A stretch of 64,000 nt of DNA, from the NCBI GenBank assembly GCA_963812285.1, contig CAWEUR010000034.1:1139-65138 (forward strand). Reading direction: 5' to 3'. How positions within the stretch are numbered: position 1 is the first letter of the stretch; each line of letters begins with the position of its first letter. Below, in pieces: positions 1 through 10,652 of the stretch. This DNA is from an uncultured Alphaproteobacteria bacterium. GTDB lineage: Bacteria > Pseudomonadota > Alphaproteobacteria > Rhizobiales > Kaistiaceae. The position numbers and the translations under genes are program-made. A model generated the notes under the pieces. The model saw nothing but the letters and a program-made list of their open reading frames with translations, did no database searches and was not told the DNA's origin.

Positions 1-500
1 GGGAGATCGAAGCGAAAGCCGGGACAAGGCCGTTCCTTGCTCGAACGGGTCGGGCTCAGCGCCGACATGGGCGCTCGCTATCCTCACGAATTTCCGGCGG
101 TCAACGACAGCGATGGCAATCGCGCGGGCGCTGGCCGCCGAACCGCGATCATCGTCGCCGACGAAGCCGACCTCTGCCCTCGACGTGTCGATCCAGGCTC
201 AGGTGCTGGACCTGCTGTCGGAACTGCGACGGAGCTGGGTATCGGATGTTGTTCATCTCCCACGACCTGGCTGTCGTCCGGCATATCGAGCCGGGTGGCG
301 GTCATGCGCGCCGGGCGCATTCTCGAATTTGGTCCCACCCAGACCGTCCTCGAGGATCCGCCCACGTCTATACCGAACGCTTTTTCGGCCGTTCCCATCC
401 CGACCCTTCACAACGCAACCGCTCGCGATCGAACCATCCCGGGGCGACTATCCGCCGGACCGCTGGTCGATGTCGCGCCGGTCATTGGACCGCCTCATGA
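1..500 (+). pseudogene. Dipeptide/oligopeptide-type ABC transporter ATP-binding protein (DppF/OppF-like); 5' end outside window, several frameshifts
   Basis: Family-typical string AIIVADE / PTSALDVSIQAQVLDLLSELRR / ELGIG / MLFISHDLAVVRHI / RVAVMRAGRILEFGPTQTVLEDP / HVYTERFF can only be read by hopping between all three + frames (ORFs 113-658, 37-615, 246-500). Stop TGA 498-500 overlaps the next ATG (ATGA). Confidence 0.75.
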
Positions 501-1422
501 CCATCGGTATCGCCGCCTTCGGACCCGATGCCGGCCTCGCTGTCTTCCGTGCCCTGGCCGCCGTCGAAGCTGTCGGCCGGGGGCAATCCGGGGCTCGTCA
601 GCTACGTGGCGCTGACAGCAGAGGCACATCGAGCGGTCGAGATGCAGCGCGGCGGTAGCGCCGGGCTGTTCCTGGGGCCAATCGATGGATGCCTTCTCCG
701 GCGGCCGTGCTCGCGCGGCCGGACTCATGTCGAGTGGGCCGGACCGCCCGGAGCCGCTAGCCAGTTCACGCCTGCGTTTGCGGCGTCGGCCTCGTAACCG
801 GGCACCGCATGCCGAACACGATCGGCGCAGCGGCATCAATCTCAACGAGGAGGTCCTCGACCTGATGCGGGCCGGCGCTTCAGTCGAAAGAGCCGTCGAG
901 CGGGTCATCGCTGCCAACCCTGACGTCGATGCCGGCATTATCGCGTTGTCGATCGATGGCGCCGCCCATGCTGCCGACACTCCCCACGTCCAGCGCCGCG
1001 GCGACGCCGGCCATGCGCTCTTGCGCTCACAGAACGGCGAAGCCGCCGTCGCGGTCCTTCACAACGCCATAAGGCCGTTTCGCCCGCTGGCTTCGCTGGC
1101 CGCCGAGGTCGCGATGGACGAGATGATGCCCGATGACCGTCCGGATGCATGGATCACCTTCAAGAGCGGCGTCCCGCTCACGACCGGCACCGTCAACGCC
1201 GTCGACGTTGCAGATGACGGCAGCGTCAGTGCGATCGTCGTCGAGGATCGGAAATTTCTCGGCGGGCGCTGGAGCCTCGGTATGGGGTACGAGACCCGCG
1301 TCTTGCGCCGACAGCAGCCAATCGCGACCATGCTTTATGAGCCCTATATGGTCGTGCAAGATGGCCGACTTCTCCTCGTAGATGGTCAGAGCCTCCTAGC
1401 GGTACCGATCCGCAAAGCCTGA
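497..1422 (+). pseudogene. Hypothetical protein, frameshifted in its first third
   Basis: ATG 497 (MTIGIAAFGPDAGLAVFRALAAVEAVGRG) continues in the frame of ORF 528-797 (VSYVALTAEAHRAVEMQRGGSAGLF) and then in ORF 685-1422 (normal, non-repetitive composition). No family recognised. Confidence 0.5.
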
Positions 1423-2128
1423 GGTGACGAGTGACGCTACTGAACGTGCGACGGCCCTTCCGGGCGCATCGGCGACACGGGCAATCAATTGGCCGAAATC
1501 AAAATTGTGCCGAAATGTGAACCTCGGCTGGTTGCAGCTCAAAATGTGCGCCTCAACAGGACCAAGGTCGCAAGCACGGGGCGTTCGCAATCGCGGCTGT
1601 CCCCAGGTCGACGTCCCTGAGCCATGCGAGCATTCTCACTTGGCAGCACCGCGTCGTGCTTAGCGTCGGTGCCTTCCCGTGCCGCCGCAGCCACTCGGCA
1701 CTGAACAGCAAGCCGTTTTCGCGCGAGCACAATCGCAACCCGCTCGGCACCGCTTTGGTATTGGATAACGGTGGCTTCATTCCAATTATCTGAAGTCGGA
1801 TCCCGGACAACGACAATCCGATCCCGGCTAATGACAAGGGATGGTGGGCAGAATTCCCTGTTCCTGACTCACTAGCCGCCACAAGAGGCGAGAAATTCGC
1901 CGATCAAGAGGTAGGAGGATTTTCCAACAAGCCTTTGTCTTTTCAAGGAGACCCGGCCGCCGAACCAGGGTGAGGGCGGGAAACGCGAAGGTCCCGGCGA
2001 GCTCGGTCAAGACAGGGAAATGAAGACTGAGACAGGTTCGCGCCGGACTGCCAGCACAGCCAGCCTCCGAAAAACCCTTGAAGAGGCGCGGCGGGTGCTC
2101 GGCTCGCGGCCATGAACCGGCGGTCCGT

Positions 2129-2638
2129 CTAGCGCCGTCGCGCCATGATCAGTTCCGGTTCGTCGAGCGGCTCCCCGGCAAGCGTCAGTTCATGCGCGCC
2201 GACGACCGTGAAGCCGTGGCGCCTGTAGAACGCCTGGGCGCGGTGATTGCCTTCCCAGACGTCGAGATAGACGGTGCCGGCCGCGGCGATCGCGGGTTCG
2301 GCGAGGATCGCCGCCATCAGCCGCCCGCCGATCCCCTGGCCCTGGACGTCGGCGCGCACATAGGCGCGGCGGATCTCCTGGTCGCCGGGTCGGCGTCCGG
2401 CGACAGGCAGACTTGCCGCGCCCGCCTCGATGAAGCCGACCAGCGCGCCATCGCTCTCGGCGACGAGAACCGTGCCCGCGGCGATCGCGCCGCCGAAATA
2501 GTCGTCGGTCAGCTTTTCCTCGAGGACGAAGCGCAGGTCGTCGGTCGACATCGTCTCGCCGAAGGCCTCGCGATAGGTGCGGCGCGCCAGGGCGGTGAGG
2601 CCGGGGATATCCTCCGTCTCGGCGGCTCTGACGATCAT
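2129..2638 (-). CDS. GNAT family N-acetyltransferase
   Basis: 169-aa ORF with acetyl-CoA pocket motif VQGQGIGGRLMAA and C-terminal AQAFYRRHGF. The start lies 4 nt after the stop of the upstream epimerase gene. Confidence 0.85.
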   Translation of the reverse strand: MIVRAAETEDIPGLTALARRTYREAFGETMSTDDLRFVLEEKLTDDYFGGAIAAGTVLVAESDGALVGFIEAGAASLPVAGRRPGDQEIRRAYVRADVQGQGIGGRLMAAILAEPAIAAAGTVYLDVWEGNHRAQAFYRRHGFTVVGAHELTLAGEPLDEPELIMARRR

Positions 2639-2642
2639 CGCC

Positions 2643-3646
2643 TCACAGCACCGAAAAGCCCTTCACGAAGGGATCGCGGTCGTCGAGGAAGATGGTGTTG
2701 TAGCCGGTGATCCAGGCCTGGCCGGCGACGCTCGGCACGATCGCGTCATGGTCGCCGACCTTCACCGCTTCCTCGACCCGGCCGAAGAACAGGCTGCCGA
2801 TGATCAATTCATGCACGAAGTCGTCGCCGACCTTGAGATCGCCCCGCGCCGCCATCTGCGCCATGCGCGCCGAGGTGCCGGTGCCGCAGGGCGAGCGGTC
2901 GATCGCCTTCTCGCCATAGAAGACGGCGTTGCGCGCATCGGCCCGCGGGTCATGCGCCTTGCCCGCCCACAGGATGTGGCGCAGTCCGGCGATGGTCGGG
3001 TCATCGGGGTGGGTGAAGGTGTATTTGTCGTTGATCAGCCGGCGCACGATCGGCGACAGGCGCTGGATATCGAGGGCCGAGATGTCGTCGAGGTCGCCAT
3101 AGGACGGCTGGCTCTCGATGATCGCGTAGAAATTGCCGCCATAGGCGACGTCGAAGGTGAGGGGCCCGAAATCCGGCACCGCGACCGACAACCCCGTCGC
3201 GTAGAGAAAGCCCGGCACGTTGCGGATGCGCACCTGGCTGACATGGCCCTCGTTGTCGCGGCTGTACTCCGCCTCGACCACGCCCGCCGGCACTTCCAGC
3301 CGAGCCTGCCCTCGATCTTCGGCGTCACCAGTCCTTCCTCGATCAGCACCGTCGCCGTGCCGATCGTGCCATGGCCGCACATCGGCAGGCAGCCGCTGGT
3401 CTCGATGAACAGCAGTGCCGCGTCGCAATCCGCCCGCATCGGCTCGTAGAGGATCGTTCCCGACATGACGTCGTGACCGCGCGGCTCGAACATCAACCCG
3501 GTGCGGATCCAGTCATACTCGGCGATGAAATGCTGGCGCTTCTCGCTCATCGTCGCGCCGGAGAGCGCCGGCCCGCCGCCGGTGACGACGCGGACCGGAT
3601 TGCCGCAGGTATGGGCATCGATGCAGAAGAAGGTGCGCTTGCTCAC
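2643..3646 (-). pseudogene. Proline racemase family protein (4-hydroxyproline epimerase / proline racemase type), one frameshift near 3300
   Basis: ORF 3035-3646 (MSKRTFFCIDAHTCGNPVRVV...SGCLPMCGHGTIG) and ORF 2643-3428 (...DRSPCGTGTSARMA...GYNTIFLD) are contiguous halves of one protein. Both catalytic Cys motifs are present (Cys/Cys type). Confidence 0.85.
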
Positions 3647-3797
3647 GACGGTCTCTCATGCGGGGGGCCGGGCGGCCGGCGACGCCCGAGACTATTGAGA
3701 CGGCGGTGTGGCGACAAGCGCCTTGCCCCGCCGCGCCATTGCGTCATGGTGTCGGCCGACGCCGTGGCATCGCGGTCGCAAAGAGAGGAAGGTCCGC

Positions 3798-4883
3798 ATG
3801 AAGGCAGCCGTATTGCGCCAGGTCGGCGTCCCGCTGGCGATCGAGGAGGTCGCCATCGACAAGCCGCGCGCCCACGAGGTGCTGATCCGCACAATGGCGA
3901 CCGGCGTCTGCCACTCGGACCTCCACTTCGTCAACGGCACCTATCCGACCGCCATGCCCATCGTCCCCGGCCACGAGGCGGCCGGCGTGGTCGAGGCCAT
4001 CGGCGAGGAAGTGCGCACGGTCAAGCCCGGCGATCACGTCGTCACCTGCCTCAACGCCTTCTGCGGGCGCTGCGAGCATTGTCTGACCGGCCATCTGTCG
4101 CGCTGCGTCTCCTCCGACACCCGCCGTCGCAAGGGCGAGGCGCCGCGGCTCGCCTGCGACGATGGCCGCATGTTCCAGCTCGCCAACCTCTCCGCCTTCG
4201 CCGAGCAGATGCTCGTCCACGAGCACACCTGCGTCGCCATCCGGCCCGACATGCCGCTCGATCGCGCCGCCCTCATCGGCTGCGCCGTCGTCACCGGCGT
4301 CGGCGCCGTCATCCACACCTCGCATGTCAGGCCGGGCGAGACGGTGGCAATCATCGGCTGCGGCGGCGTCGGCCTCTCCGCCGTCAATGGTGCCGCCATC
4401 GCCGGTGCCGGCCGCATCATCGCCATCGACCGCGTTGCCGGGAAGCTGGACCTGGCGAAGCAATTCGGCGCCACCGACGTGATCGATGCCGGCGCCGGCG
4501 ATCCGGTCGAACAGGTGATGGAGATGACCTGCGGCGGCGTCCATCATGCCTTCGAGGCAATCGGCCTCAAGCGGACCTGCGAGCAGGCCTTCGCCATGCT
4601 CGCCCGCGGCGGCACCGCCAACGTCATCGGCATGGTCCCGCCCGGCGTCAAGATCGAGCTCGAGGGCAGCGACTTTCTCGGCGAGAGGCGCATCCAGGGC
4701 TCCTTCATGGGCTCCAACCGCTTCCCCGTCGACATGCCGCGCTATGTCGATTTCTACCTCGACGGCCGCCTCAAGCTCGACGAACTCATCTCCCAGCGCA
4801 TCGCCCTGGCGCAGGTCAACGAGGCCCTCGCCGAGCTCGAACGCGGCGAACTCGCCCGCTCGGTGATCGTCTTCGACAATTGA
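3798..4883 (+). CDS. Zinc-dependent alcohol dehydrogenase family oxidoreductase
   Basis: Motifs GVCHSDLH and GHEAAGVVEAIG, structural-zinc cluster CGRCEHCLTGHLSRC, and dinucleotide motif GCGGVG. RBS AGAGGAAGG lies upstream of ATG 3798; the longer ORF from 3708 lacks support. Confidence 0.9.
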   Translation: MKAAVLRQVGVPLAIEEVAIDKPRAHEVLIRTMATGVCHSDLHFVNGTYPTAMPIVPGHEAAGVVEAIGEEVRTVKPGDHVVTCLNAFCGRCEHCLTGHLSRCVSSDTRRRKGEAPRLACDDGRMFQLANLSAFAEQMLVHEHTCVAIRPDMPLDRAALIGCAVVTGVGAVIHTSHVRPGETVAIIGCGGVGLSAVNGAAIAGAGRIIAIDRVAGKLDLAKQFGATDVIDAGAGDPVEQVMEMTCGGVHHAFEAIGLKRTCEQAFAMLARGGTANVIGMVPPGVKIELEGSDFLGERRIQGSFMGSNRFPVDMPRYVDFYLDGRLKLDELISQRIALAQVNEALAELERGELARSVIVFDN

Positions 4884-4915
4884 CTTTGGTTCGCCCAGGG
4901 CCCGCCGCACCGCCA

Positions 4916-4935
4916 CCTCTCCCTGGTGGGAGAGG
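4916..4935 (+). terminator. Perfect 8-bp stem / 4-nt loop hairpin after the ADH stop; possible terminator
   Basis: CCTCTCCC-tggt-GGGAGAGG lies 33 nt downstream of stop 4883. No U-tract follows, so the terminator function is uncertain. Confidence 0.3.
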
Positions 4936-5263
4936 TCGGCAAACCGGGGGGCGCGCTCCCCACGTCACGGCGCAGGCGCTCCCCATCAGCGACCGCAATC
5001 CGTAGACGGTGAAGGCATCCGGCAGGTCGCGGTTGACGACCAGGATCGGCTCGTCCGGCTTCAGCCCGCCCGCGCCCATCAGGCCGGCTGCGGCGTCGGT
5101 CACCGAAAGCCATCTGCCGGTAACCTCAGGGTGCAATGAATCGCTCCCCGATGCGATTCCGGCGGCGATGCACTTATGCGGGGTTTTCCCTGTCTCCTTA
5201 GGCCTGCCTTAAGGACTTTCGTGGCAGAAGATCATGCCGCCATGGAGAGCAGGGGAGAGCACC

Positions 5264-5860
5264 ATGGGCAAGATCAAGCTCCTTGCTGGTGACTTCGGCG
5301 CCAGCGGCGAAGTCCGCCTCAGTGACGACGGACTGTATCTGCCCAATCCCGAGATGACCGACGGCGAGGAGCGCGTTTCCTTTCGCGTGCTCGCCGAGGT
5401 TGAACCCGTTGCCAACGACCAGTCGAAGCGCCTCGGCAGCGCTCTCAAGCTGAGCCTCTCCGGTCTTGCCGCGATGGGGCCCGTCGGACTTGCCGCCGGC
5501 GCCCTGGCCGTGCGCAAGGGCAAGGACCTGACCTTCATGGTCAAGCTCGACGACGGCCGCCACTTTATTGCCGCGACCGATGCCCGTACCTATGCCGACA
5601 TCCGCTCGAGCCGCCTTGGCGCTCGCCACTCCGCCGTCGAGGAGGACGATCCGGCGCGCGAGGCCGAGATCGACCGGATGATCGCCCGCTACATGGAAGA
5701 GCACGACATCGCGGCGCCGCCCGCGGCGCCGGAGGAGATCCCGCTCGCGCCGGATGCACCGCCGATGGCCGCCGCGCCGGTTGCCGAGGCGGCTCCTGAC
5801 CGGCCGGAACTCGGCGTCATCGGTCGAGGGCGAAATGGAGACGAGCGAAGCTCAGGCTGA
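5264..5860 (+). CDS. Hypothetical protein with central hydrophobic segment and Pro/Ala-rich acidic tail (3' end possibly frameshifted)
   Basis: ATG 5264 is preceded by AGGGGAGAG. Hydrophobic stretch LSLSGLAAMGPVGLAAGALAV. An alternative frame reads EGEMETSEAQADRIEKPASGFTAPARPVFGRRRA* ending at 5930, so a frameshift near 5820 is possible. Confidence 0.5.
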   Translation: MGKIKLLAGDFGASGEVRLSDDGLYLPNPEMTDGEERVSFRVLAEVEPVANDQSKRLGSALKLSLSGLAAMGPVGLAAGALAVRKGKDLTFMVKLDDGRHFIAATDARTYADIRSSRLGARHSAVEEDDPAREAEIDRMIARYMEEHDIAAPPAAPEEIPLAPDAPPMAAAPVAEAAPDRPELGVIGRGRNGDERSSG

Positions 5861-6011
5861 CAGGATAGAGAAGCCGGCCAGCGGCTTCACCGCGCCCGCC
5901 CGTCCCGTCTTCGGTCGCCGCCGCGCCTAGCCGACGGACGTCCAACTTCGTCTCTTTTCGTGTCGCCATCCTTGGGGCAGATTGCGCGGACGATTTCTTG
6001 CGTCTGGCCCC

Positions 6012-7035
6012 ATGACCGCTGATCTTCCCGAAGACGTTGCCGCCAGTCTTGCCCGCCTCGGCCTCCTCGCGCCGGGATTGCGCGTTGTTGTCGAGCGCCT
6101 CACCGGCGGCGTGTCCTCCGATATCTGGAAGGTGACGGCGGGCGGCGTGACCTTCTGCGTCAAGCGGGCCATGGCCAAACTTGCCGTCAAGGACGACTGG
6201 TTCGCGCCGGTTGAGCGCAATCGTTTCGAGCGGCTGTGGTACGAGACCGCCGCGAAGCGGGTGCCGGGCGCGGCGCCGTCCATCATCGCCCATGACGACG
6301 AGGCCATGCTCTTCGCCATGGATTTTCTCGATCCGACGACGCATCTCCTGTGGAAGTCGGAGCTGGCCGCCGGCCGCGTCGATGTCGCCTTCGCCGCGGA
6401 TGTCGGCACCCGGCTGGTCGCCATCCACTCCGCCACCGCCGGCGATGCCGCTGTCGAGGCGGCGTTCCCGACCGGTGCGCTGTTCGAGGCGCTGAGGCTC
6501 GATCCCTATCTGCGCGCCACCGGACGGCGGCATCCGGACCTCGATCAGAGGCTCAACCATCTCGCCGATCTCACTGCCGCAACTCGCCTTTCCCTGGTCC
6601 ATGGCGATGTCAGCCCGAAGAACATCATGGTCGCACCTGCCGGCCCGCTCTTCCTTGATGCCGAATGCGCCTGGTATGGCGATCCGGCCTTCGACCTCGC
6701 CTTCTGTCTCAATCATCTCCTCTTGAAATGTCTCTGGGTACCGCCGGCCGCGTCGTGCTTTCTCGCCGCCTTCGACGCGCTGGCCGAAGCCTATCGCGTC
6801 GGTATCGACTGGGAGCCGGCAGGCGACCTCGAGGCACGCGCGGCCGCGCTCCTGCCCGCCCTGTTCCTTGCCCGCGTCGACGGCAAGTCGCCGGTCGAAT
6901 ACATCACCGCCGAGGCTGACCGGGTGAGAAGTCCGCCGCCTCGCCATTCCCTTCGTCATGGAGCCGCCGGCCACACTTGCCGCGATCCGCGACGCCTGGG
7001 CCAGCGCGATTGGCGCCACAAAAGCGGCGCGATGA
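6012..7035 (+). pseudogene. Aminoglycoside phosphotransferase (APH) / MtnK-like kinase family protein, frameshift near 6927
   Basis: Motifs GGVSSDIWKV, catalytic-loop LVHGDVSPKNIMV and YGDPAFDLAFCLNHLL. After ITAEADR the natural continuation EVRRLAIPFVMEPPATLAAIRDAWASAIGATKAAR* is in the +1 frame (stop 7033-7035). Confidence 0.75.
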
Positions 7036-7090
7036 TCCTCGAAGTCTTCCTTCCGGGCGGCATTGACAGTGCCAGGAAGGGAATATCGCC

Positions 7091-7828
7091 ATGAAACAGG
7101 CCGATGTCGCCAAGCGGGCCTTTGCCATGCCCCTGACCAGTCCGGCCTATCCGCCCGGACCCTATCGGTTCATCGATCGCGAATTCTTCGTCATCACCTA
7201 TCGCACCGACCCGGAGAAGCTCCGCGCCGTCGTGCCCGAGCCGCTCAAGATCGACGAGCCGCTGGTCAAGTTCGAGTTCATCCGCATGCCGGATTCGACC
7301 GGCTTCGGCGACTATACCGAGAGCGGGCAGGTGATCCCGGTCTCGCTCGCCGGCCGCAAGGGCGGCTACAGCCATTGCATGTTTCTCAACGACCATCCGC
7401 CGATCGCCGGCGGGCGTGAGCTATGGGGTTTTCCCAAGAAGCTCGCCAGCCCGACCCTCACCGCCGAGATCGACACCCTCGTCGGTACGCTCGACTACGG
7501 CCCCATCCGCATCGCCACCGGCACCATGGGTTACAAGCACAGGCAGGCTGACCACGAGGCCGTCAAGGCGTCGCTCGCCGCGCCCAACTTCCTTCTCAAG
7601 ATCATCCCCCATGTCGACGGTAGCCCGCGCATCTGCGAACTGGTCGAGTACTACCTTGAGGACGTGAATCTGAAGGGCGCCTGGTCCGGCCCCGCCGCGC
7701 TGAGCCTGTCCTCCCATGCCCTGGCGCCGGTCGGCGAACTGCCCGTGCTCGAGATCGTTTCCGCCGTCCACATCCTCGCCGATATCACCCTCGGCCTCGG
7801 CAAGGTCGCTCACGACTATCTGGCCTGA
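7091..7828 (+). CDS. adc: Acetoacetate decarboxylase family protein
   Basis: 245-aa ORF. Contains [23 protein letters not shown] (adjacent Lys-Lys as in the Schiff-base site of acetoacetate decarboxylase) and [13 protein letters not shown]. Confidence 0.88.
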   Translation: MKQADVAKRAFAMPLTSPAYPPGPYRFIDREFFVITYRTDPEKLRAVVPEPLKIDEPLVKFEFIRMPDSTGFGDYTESGQVIPVSLAGRKGGYSHCMFLNDHPPIAGGRELWGFPKKLASPTLTAEIDTLVGTLDYGPIRIATGTMGYKHRQADHEAVKASLAAPNFLLKIIPHVDGSPRICELVEYYLEDVNLKGAWSGPAALSLSSHALAPVGELPVLEIVSAVHILADITLGLGKVAHDYLA

Positions 7829-8001
7829 CGGACCGGTGAGCGGAAAGGGGGGCCGGATGATTCATTCCGCGTTTTTCTCGAACGGAATATTCGATCCGCG
7901 CCCCCTTCCGCCTCGGTCATGGACGGGGTAGTTCAAAGGGCCGTTCTTCAGCCCTTCCGCCCGTTCCGACCACGTGTCCGGGCGCCGGTCAGGGCTCGGC
8001 C

Positions 8002-9154
8002 ATGTTGGAGGGGGAGGAGCCGGTCGTGAAGATAGTGCGCGTCGGTCTGGTTGGCAGCGGATTCATGGGGCGCAGCCATGCCCATGCCCTGCGCGCGGCC
8101 GCCGGGATCTTCGAGCTGCCGGCCGCCCCGGTCCTCGAACTGCTCGCCGATGTCGACGACGAGATCGCCGCCAGGGCCGCGAAAGCATTGGGCTTTTCCC
8201 GCTCGACCGGCGACTGGAAGGCGCTCGTCGAAGATCCGGATATCGACCTCGTCGACATCACCGCGCCCAACAAGCTGCACAAGCCGATCGCCCTTGCCGC
8301 GATTGCCGCCGGCAAGCCGGTCTATTGCGAAAAGCCGCTCGCTCCCAACGCCGCCGAGGCCCTCGAAATGGCCGAAGCCGCCGAGAAAGCCGGCGTCCTC
8401 ACCGCCGTCGGATTCAACTATCTGAAGAACCCGATGGTGGCGCTGTCCCGCGAGATCATCGCCGCCGGCGAGATCGGCGAAGTCGTGAGTTTCCGCGGGA
8501 TTCACGCCGAGGATTACATGACCGATCCGGCCGCGCCGTGGACCTGGCGGCTTGATCCCTACCGGCGGCCACGGCGTCATCGCCGACCTCGGCAGCCATA
8601 TCATCTCGATCGCGAGGCATCTCGTCGGTCCGATCGAATCCCTCGCCGGCCAGATGGTCACCGTCACCAGCGAACGCCCGGTTTCCGCCGGTTCCAGCGA
8701 GATGCGCAAGGTCGAGGTCGATGACGAGGCCCGCGCGCTTCTCCGCTTCGCCGGCGGCGCCACCGGTTCCCTGGAGGCAAGCTGGGTCGCCGCCGGCCGC
8801 AAGATGACGCTCGCCTATGAGATCACCGGCACCAAGGGTACGATCGCCGTCGACCACGAAAGGTTCAACGAGCTCAAGCTGTTCACCACCGGCGGCAGGC
8901 GCGGCCGCGAGGGCTTCAAGACCATCCTCGCCGGCCCGGATCATGCCTTCTACAAGGAATTCTGTCCGGCCCCCGGCCACCAATTGGGGTTCAACGATAT
9001 CAAGACCATCGAGGTCCGGGCGCTGATGGCCGCGCTCGCCGGCCAGGAGACCTTCCAGCCCGATTTCCGCGAGGCCTACGAAATCCAGCGCGTCGTCGAT
9101 GCGGTCGCCCGCTCGTCTGATGAAGGCCGCTGGCTCGATATCGCCGAGGTCTGA
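8002..9154 (+). pseudogene. Gfo/Idh/MocA family oxidoreductase (inositol dehydrogenase-like), frameshift near 8559
   Basis: Rossmann N-terminus VRVGLVGSGFMGRSHA and EKPLA motif in ORF 8002-8724. The C-terminal half (GGHGVIADLGSHIISIARHL...) is in ORF 8552-9154, one frame over. GTG 8026 after GGAGGGGGAGGAG is an alternative start. Confidence 0.8.
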
Positions 9155-9199
9155 GCGCCGTCGGCGCATCGAAAATCCAAGACGAGGGAGACTGTTCGC

Positions 9200-10384
9200 G
9201 TGGAATTGAACACGACACTTGCCAAACTCGGCCGCCGTCTGCGGCTTGGCGTCATCGGCGGCGGGCCGGGCTCCTTCATCGGCGGGGTCCATCGCACCGC
9301 CGCCCGCCTCGACAACAATTTCGAGATCGTCGCCGGCGTCCTCTCGTCCGATCCGGAACGTTCGCGCGAATACGGAAAGGCGATCGGCCTCGCCGCTGAC
9401 CGCGCCTACGGAACGGCGGAGGAGTTCTTCACCGGCGAGGCGGCGCGCGATCACGGTGTCGACGCCGTCGCCATCATGACGCCGAACGACAGCCACTACG
9501 CGCTCGCCTGCGCCGCCATCGAGCGCGGGCTCGATATCATCTGCGACAAGCCGCTCACCACCACCCTCGAGGACGCCGCCGATCTGGTGAAGCGCGTCCG
9601 GCGCTCCGGCCTCGTCTTCTGCCTCACCTTTAACTATTCGGCCTTCCCGATGGTCCGCCAGGCCCGCGCCATGGTGCGCGACGGCGACCTCGGCACGATC
9701 CGCATGATCAAGGTCGAATATGTCCAGGGTCACAATGCGACGCTGCGCCGGGGCGAGCGCGACGGCACCAGTGGCATGTGGCGCATGCAGAAGGACAAGG
9801 CCGGGGATTCCCTCATCCTTGGCGACATCGGCAGCCATGCCCATCAGATGGTTCGTTTCGTCACCGGCCTCGAATTCGACCGCGTCATGGCCGATGTCAC
9901 CGCGGTCGTGCCGGGTCGCAATGCCGACGATTACGGCGGCCTGCTCTTCCGCCTGGAGAATGGCGCGCCCGGCATCATGTGGGTCACCCAGGCCGGCGCC
10001 GGTGCCTCCCATGGGCTGATGTTCCGCGTCTTCGGCGAGAAGGGCGGCCTCGAGTGGCATCAGGAGGAGCCGAACCATCTCACCCATACGCGCCTCGGCC
10101 AGCCGACTATCGTCTATGAGCGCAATGGCCCGGGCCTCAAGCAGGAAGCGCTCGATGCCGCCCGCATCGGCATCGGCCATCCGGAGGGCTATCAGGAAGC
10201 GTTCGCGATCCTCTATGCCGAGGCGGCCGAGGCGATGGTCGCCCGCCGGCTCGGCACCCTGCCGGACCGGCCGGTCTTCGCCTTTCCCTCGGCCACCGAC
10301 GGCGCCATCGGCATGCAGTTCATCGACGCCGCCCTCGAATCCGCCCGCACCGGAGCCTGGGTCGACTGCGCGCTCGAATTGTGA
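9200..10384 (+). CDS. Gfo/Idh/MocA family oxidoreductase
   Basis: 394-aa intact ORF (GTG start) with LRLGVIGGGPGSFIGGVH, DKPLT and GDIGSHAHQM. Confidence 0.85.
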   Translation: MELNTTLAKLGRRLRLGVIGGGPGSFIGGVHRTAARLDNNFEIVAGVLSSDPERSREYGKAIGLAADRAYGTAEEFFTGEAARDHGVDAVAIMTPNDSHYALACAAIERGLDIICDKPLTTTLEDAADLVKRVRRSGLVFCLTFNYSAFPMVRQARAMVRDGDLGTIRMIKVEYVQGHNATLRRGERDGTSGMWRMQKDKAGDSLILGDIGSHAHQMVRFVTGLEFDRVMADVTAVVPGRNADDYGGLLFRLENGAPGIMWVTQAGAGASHGLMFRVFGEKGGLEWHQEEPNHLTHTRLGQPTIVYERNGPGLKQEALDAARIGIGHPEGYQEAFAILYAEAAEAMVARRLGTLPDRPVFAFPSATDGAIGMQFIDAALESARTGAWVDCALEL

Positions 10385-10652
10385 GGCAGCATGTCCCCGC
10401 CCGGCGGGAACGCGATATCATCCTGAACGATGAAGCTCGGAGGGCGGGAGGCCGACATTTTCCCGCCGTCCAATCATCGGAACGATCACGCCGAAATGAA
10501 ATCTTTGTTCCAATTTCGGAGGGAATAGAATTTTTGTGCGATTGCGATTCCCAGCCGTCGCCGATTCCCATATAGTCCGGGGCAAATCCCGGCGATCGGT
10601 GTCCGCGACAGGTGGGCGTGATCGGCTCAGCAGGCGAGGGGAGGAGCCATCC

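Noticed and set aside
3371-5005. 544-aa plus-strand ORF overlapping the epimerase and alcohol dehydrogenase loci, and similar long shadow ORFs (5817-7019 minus, 21350-23239 plus, 23227-25155 plus, 25178-26416 minus, 36525-37859 plus, 40443-41552 minus, 45412-46644 minus, 50847-52202 minus, 54966-57047 plus, 55693-57186 minus, 58071-58910 plus)
   Set aside because: All are out-of-frame or antisense shadows of genes with strong family evidence. Their products are Arg/Pro/Gly/Ala-rich and lack motifs.
4816-5136. 106-aa minus-strand ORF in the gap after the alcohol dehydrogenase (TTG start preceded by GGGGAG; N-terminal LHPEVTGRWLSVTDAAAGLMGAGGLKPDEPILVVNRDLPDAFTVYGL)
   Set aside because: The first roughly 55 residues look protein-like, but I recognise no family. 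The C-terminal half is Arg/Pro/Gly junk that overlaps the ADH 3' end. It may be a gene fragment with a further frameshift, but the support is insufficient to call it.
8456-10180. 574-aa minus-strand ORF opposite the two Gfo/Idh/MocA genes
   Set aside because: Antisense artefact with a low-complexity product and no recognisable domain.
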